Shown here one piece after another: positions 59,614 through 64,000 of a stretch of 64,000 nt of DNA. A model generated the notes under the pieces. The model ran no database searches and was not told the origin of the DNA. It was given only the letters and a program-made list of their open reading frames with translations. A program made the translations under genes and the position numbers. Origin of the DNA: Ilumatobacteraceae bacterium (GTDB lineage Bacteria > Actinomycetota > Acidimicrobiia > Acidimicrobiales > Ilumatobacteraceae); assembly GCA_038146945.1 (NCBI GenBank), contig JAYQSR010000015.1, forward strand, positions 12,205 through 76,204, written 5' to 3'. Within the stretch, counting starts at the first letter, position 1. Each line of letters begins with the position of its first letter.

Positions 59614-60255
59614 CTACTTGCCGCCCTTCACTGCGTCACGAACGATGACGACGCCACCGTTTGGTCCGGGTACGGCGCCCTTCACGAGCAACAGGTTGCG
59701 CTCGGAGTCGGCCTGCACCACTTCCAGATTGAGGATGGTCACTTGTTCGTGCCCCAGATGGCCGGCCATGCGCATGCCACGGAATACGCGACCCGGGAAC
59801 GAGCGCTGTCCGATCGAGCCGGGGGCACGGTGGTGTTTGTGGTTGCCGTGCGCGGCACCCTGACCGCGGAAATTGTGACGCTTCATGCCACCGGCGAAGC
59901 CCTTGCCGCGACTTACCGCCGTGACGTCGACGATTTCACCGGCGGCGAGTTTGTCGACGCCGATTTCCTGACCCACTTCGAAGCCATCGACGGAGTCGAG
60001 GCGCAGTTCCACCAGGCGACGCCCGGGCGCCACGCCGTGCTTGGCGAAGTGTCCGGCAGCCGCCTTGTTCAGCTTCTTTTCGTCCTTCTGGCCGTACGTC
60101 ACCTGCAGTGCGTTGTAGCCGTCGGATTCCTTCGTCTTCACCTGCACGATGCGCAACGGCTCCACGCGCAGCACGGTGACGGGAACGACACGACGATCTT
60201 GCGTCCACACTTGCGTCATGCCGACCTTTTCGCCGACGATCGCTTTCTGTGCCAT
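59614..60255 (-). CDS. rplC: 50S ribosomal protein L3
   Basis: MAQKAIVGEKVGMTQVW..VTVL..FKVGQ..VDVTAVSRGKGFAGGMKRHNFRGQGAAHG..HRAPGSIG.. Intact. Confidence 0.95.
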   Translation of the reverse strand: MAQKAIVGEKVGMTQVWTQDRRVVPVTVLRVEPLRIVQVKTKESDGYNALQVTYGQKDEKKLNKAAAGHFAKHGVAPGRRLVELRLDSVDGFEVGQEIGVDKLAAGEIVDVTAVSRGKGFAGGMKRHNFRGQGAAHGNHKHHRAPGSIGQRSFPGRVFRGMRMAGHLGHEQVTILNLEVVQADSERNLLLVKGAVPGPNGGVVIVRDAVKGGK

Positions 60256-60320
60256 GGTGAGCCTTTTCTGTTTCTTTCCTGTTGTTGTTGCTTTGTCAGG
60301 TATTCGGTTTCGTTTTCACG

Positions 60321-60353
60321 AAAAAGCCCCGCTCGGCAAAGCCGGCGGAGCCC
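60321..60353 (-). terminator. Terminator-like hairpin plus U5, 65 nt upstream of the rplC start
   Basis: Minus strand: GC(U)CCGCCGGC-UUU-GCCG(A)GCGG(G)GC followed by UUUUU. The core stem is 8 bp with one bulge, extendable by 2 bp. Confidence 0.45.
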
Positions 60354-60547
60354 GAGATCGTTTTCGCTGCGAGGTACCTGACGAATCAGGCGCACGCAGA
60401 CATCACTTGAGGAGTGGGAAACCCGCTCCAAACGCGAACTCGTACGCTATCGGGACCCGACCAAGAACCACCCGTGAGGCAACCAGCTACCGACTCATGG
60501 AGCCAAGGGGTTCTGCGGTGCCACAGAACAGGTGTTTGCCCCGCCGA

Positions 60548-61387
60548 TTAGCTGCGGGGACGGGCAACCAGCGTGGCAGTGACCGTGAGTCGCTCACCAT
60601 CGCGTACCAACTCGATGGAGATCGAGTCGCCCGGGCTGCGGTCGCGAATGGCGGCCACCAGACCGGCTTGACCGTTCACCGGCTCGCCATCCACCGCCAG
60701 CACGATGTCCCCCACCACGATTCCCGCCTCCTGGGCGGGTGACCCGGGTTGCACGGTGGAGATGATCGAACCCACGCCACCATCGGAGCGCGGCTCCAGG
60801 CTGACTCCGAGGAATCCCTCCTCGCGAGCGTCGCCCGACGCCTGGTCACGTAGTTGCTGGAGGACGGCAAGTACCTCGTCGACGGAAATAGCGAAACCAA
60901 TGTTGTTGGCGGATGAGTTGGTGTCGCCGCGCGCAACGGCCGTGTTGATTCCCACTACTTCGCCTCGCATGTTCGCCAACGGTCCACCGGAATTTCCGGA
61001 GGAGATGGCCGCGTCCGTCTGGATGAGGCTGTTCAACGCGCCGGACTCGGTGAAGATCGTTCGCTTCAACGCGGACACGATCCCGGTGGTGATGCTCGGA
61101 CCACCATCGAGTGCCAGCGCGTAACCGATTGCCACCACCTGGTCCCCCACCCGCACGCTGCCAGGTTTGGCGAACGTTGCAGCGGTGAGGCCGCTGGCAT
61201 TCACCCGGAGTAGGGCCAGGTCGTTGCCCGAGTCGGCCGCCACCACGTCGGCCACGACGGGCTCGGTTTCTCCGGCAAAGCGCACGCGAACCTCGGATGC
61301 GCCGTCGACCACGTGGGCATTGGTGAGAATTTCCCCGTTGCTCGTGACCACCACACCGGTGCCGGTCGCTTCACCCTCGCTCAGACC
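60548..61387 (-). pseudogene. HtrA/DegP-like trypsin-fold serine protease with a PDZ domain, 5-prime truncated (no start codon, signal/TM region or first protease strands)
   Basis: ..[27 protein letters not shown] (His)..GNDLALLRV (Asp)..TDAAISSGNSGGPL (Ser)..PDZ-like ..VQPGSPAQEAGIVVGDIVLAVDG... The homology starts abruptly next to the broken rpsJ. Confidence 0.75.
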
Positions 61388-61575
61388 GCTGTCAACCGAA
61401 CTTTGTCGACGTGTGGTCCACGGATGACCGTGTAGCGATGCTTGTCGGTCGGCAACGGAATCGGGCCGCGGACATTTGCGTCGGTGCGGTTCACCGTTTC
61501 AACAATCTTTTTCGTCGACTGGTCGATGATCTCGTGGTCAAACGCCTTCAGCCGGATACGGATATTTTGAGCCAT
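61381..61575 (-). pseudogene. rpsJ: 30S ribosomal protein S10, truncated after codon 58
   Basis: [58 protein letters not shown] is canonical S10. VRLTAV* then replaces the conserved ~45-aa C-terminal half. Confidence 0.85.
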
Positions 61576-61608
61576 GTCAATCTGCTTTCGTTCGTTGGGT
61601 GAGGGGCG

Positions 61609-62793
61609 TCACTTGATGATTTTGGTGACGCGGCCCGCACCAACGGTCCGACCACCCTCACGAATAGCGAACCGCAACCCCTCATCCATCGCGATCGGCT
61701 TACCCAACTCAACCGTCATCGTCACATTGTCACCAGGCATCACCATCTCAGTACCCGACGGCAACTCAACAGTGCCCGTCACATCCGTCGTACGGAAGAA
61801 AAACTGCGGACGATAATTGTTGAAGAACGGCTTATGACGGCCACCCTCCTCCTTCGTCAACACATACACCTGACCCTCAAAATCGGTATGCGGCGTAATC
61901 GAACCAGGCGCACACAACACCTGACCACGCTCCACATCCTCCTTATCGGTACCACGCAACAACGCACCGATGTTGTCCCCAGCCTGACCCTCATCAAGCA
62001 GCTTGCGGAACATCTCCACACCCGTACACGTCGTCTTCTGCGTATCACGCAACCCGACGATCTCAATCTCATCACCGGTATGGATCACACCCTGCTCCAC
62101 CTTGCCGGTCACCACCGTGCCACGACCAGTAATCGTGAACACATCCTCAATCGGCATCAAGAACGGCTTATCCAAATCACGCTGCGGCTCCGGAATATAC
62201 GAATCACAGGCAGCCATGAGCTCCATGACCTTGTCCTGCCACTCCGCATCCCCCTCCAACGCCTTCAACGCCGACACCGAACAATCGGAGCGTCATCACC
62301 AGGGAACTCGTACTCGTTCAACAGCTCGCGGATCTCCAACTCCACCAACTCCAACAACTCGGCATCATCAACCATGTCCGACTTGTTCAACGCCACCACG
62401 ATGTACGGCACACCAACCTGACGCGCCAACAACACATGCTCACGCGTCTGCGGCATCGGACCATCCGTCGCAGCAACCACCAAAATCGCGCCATCAACCT
62501 GCGCAGCACCAGTGATCATGTTCTTGATGTAGTCAGCATGACCCGGCATATCCACATGCGCGTAATGACGATTCTCCGTCTCATACTCAATATGAGCAAT
62601 CGAAATCGTGATACCACGCGCCTTCTCCTCCGGCGCCTTATCAATATTGTCAAACGACGTGAAATCAGCCAACCCACGATCAGACAACGTCTTCGAAATC
62701 GCCGCCGTCAACGTCGTCTTCCCATGGTCAATATGACCCATCGTCCCAATATTCACATGCGGCTTCGTACGCTCGAACTTCGCCTTTCGACAT
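61609..62793 (-). CDS. tuf: Elongation factor Tu, two frameshifts as assembled
   Basis: ATG at 62793. [27 protein letters not shown].. requires removing one base at 62783-84. ..[17 protein letters not shown].. requires adding one base at 62286-87. The rest (ORFs 62265..62756 and 61609..62277) is canonical. Confidence 0.93.
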
Positions 62794-62854
62794 GTTCTCT
62801 TCCTGATTTCTCTCCTCTTTGATCGTTTCTGTTTCTTGGTTGAGACCTGGATTG

Positions 62855-64000
62855 CTATTCCCCGCGCACCCGCTTGACGATCTCTTGCGAGATGGCCTCT
62901 GGTACCTGCTGGTAGCTGTCGAACTGCATGGTGTACGTTGCCCGCCCTTGGGTGCGAGAACGCAAATCTGTCGAGTATCCGAACATTTCCGAAAGCGGAA
63001 CCTGTGCCCGGACGTTCTGGAAGTTTCCGTTGGCTTCCATGCCTTCGATTCGGCCGCGGCGGCTGGAGAGGTCGCCGATGACGTCACCCATGTGGTTTTC
63101 GGGGGTCACCACTTCCACCGCCATGATCGGCTCCAACAAGACGGGCTTGGCCATCCCGGCGGCCTTCTTGAACGCCATTTGACCGGCGATCTTGAACGCC
63201 ATCTCGTTCGAGTCGACGTCGTGGTACTGACCGTCGACGAGACTCACCTTCACGTCCACCGTCGGGTAGCCGGCAAGCACGCCATTGTCGAGCGCGGCCT
63301 GGATTCCCTGGTTGGTGGGCTGAATGAACTCTCGCGGGATGCGTCCGCCCTTGATGTCGTCGATGAACTCGTACCCCTTGCCCGGGTTCGGTTCGACGGT
63401 GATCTTCACGACGGCGAATTGTCCCGAACCGCCCGACTGCTTGATGTGGCGATACTCCACCGTGTCGACGGTCTTGGTGACGGTTTCGCGGTATGCCACC
63501 TGCGGCTTGCCCACCGTGGCGTCGACGTTGAATTCACGTTGCATACGGTCGACGAGAATTTCCAGGTGCAACTCACCCATACCCGAAATGACGGTCTGGC
63601 CGGTTTCGTGATCGGTGCGAACCCGGAAGGTGGGGTCTTCGTCGGACAACGACTTGAGGGCCTTGCCCAACTTGTCCTGGTCGTTCTTGGTCTTCGGCTC
63701 GATCGCCACGTGAATGACGGGATCGGGAAAGATCATCCGCTCGAGAATGACTGGCTTTTCGCGGTCGCACAACGTGTCACCGGTGGTGACTTCCTTGAAT
63801 CCGAGACCGACAACGATGTCGCTTGCTCGCGCGATTTCGATGTCTTCGCGCTGGTTTGAGTGCATCAACAACAAACGTCCGACGCGCTCTCCGCTTCTCC
63901 TTCACGGAGTTGTACAACTCCTCGCCCTTGGCGATCTTGCCGGAGTACACGCGGAAGTAGGTGAGCTTGCCGAACGGATCGGCAACGATCTTGAACGCCA
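62855..64000 (-). CDS. fusA: Elongation factor G (3-prime ~380 codons; continues beyond the window), one frameshift as assembled
   Basis: ORF 62855..63874 (..[18 protein letters not shown]..). The upstream part ..[36 protein letters not shown] is in another frame. The switch is at about 63888-63892. Confidence 0.93.

Noticed and set aside
60149-60742. 197-aa plus-strand ORF spanning the rplC upstream spacer
   Set aside because: It overlaps the rplC start and the HtrA-like fragment on the opposite strand, its translation is Arg/Pro-rich without motifs, and the G.U pairs in the hairpins favour minus-strand transcription.

Overview
High-GC, actinobacterial-type core chromosome. I found no rRNA, CRISPR array, transposase or integrase. 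0-7 kb: the tail of a molybdo-hydroxylase (CoxL/CoxM-like) operon with MoxR (CoxD-like), vWA (CoxE-like), two XdhC-family genes, a MocA-like gene and a CoxG-like gene. 7-29 kb: housekeeping and metabolic genes (DUF501-ppx, GNAT, enoyl-CoA hydratase, PfkB kinase, acyl-CoA ligase, tRNA-Ala(CGC), moaC-moaA-moeA, serine hydrolase, galU-like, uppP, pmbA-tldD, PAP2, dxs, IMPase), plus a small, apparently lower-GC islet at 11.7-12.7 kb with an XRE regulator and an orphan ORF. 29.7-41.5 kb (minus strand): groEL-groES with a perfect CIRCE operator, maf, dus, tsaD-rimI-tsaB-tsaE, alr, acpS and an unusual 1145-aa GlmS-like ORF. 41.5-64 kb (minus strand): glmM, rpsI-rplM, a glycosyltransferase, truA, then the alpha, spc, S10 and str ribosomal-protein operons up to tuf and the 3-prime part of fusA. 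Main oddities: (i) by manual count roughly 30 or more frame-breaking indels, mostly in short dense patches inside highly conserved genes between 41.5 and 64 kb; these look like consensus or assembly errors rather than gene decay. (ii) rpsJ is cut after codon 58 and abutted to a 5-prime-truncated HtrA-like protease gene, followed by a ~290-nt hairpin-rich spacer with a terminator-like element directly upstream of rplC. (iii) The giant GlmS-like ORF. (iv) An in-frame minisatellite in truA, a 24-bp tandem duplication of a gene 3-prime end, and a cysteine-less FmdB-like protein. I did not find a clear multi-gene novel system (defence, secretion or biosynthetic cluster). All family calls rest on motif recognition by eye; no searches were run.
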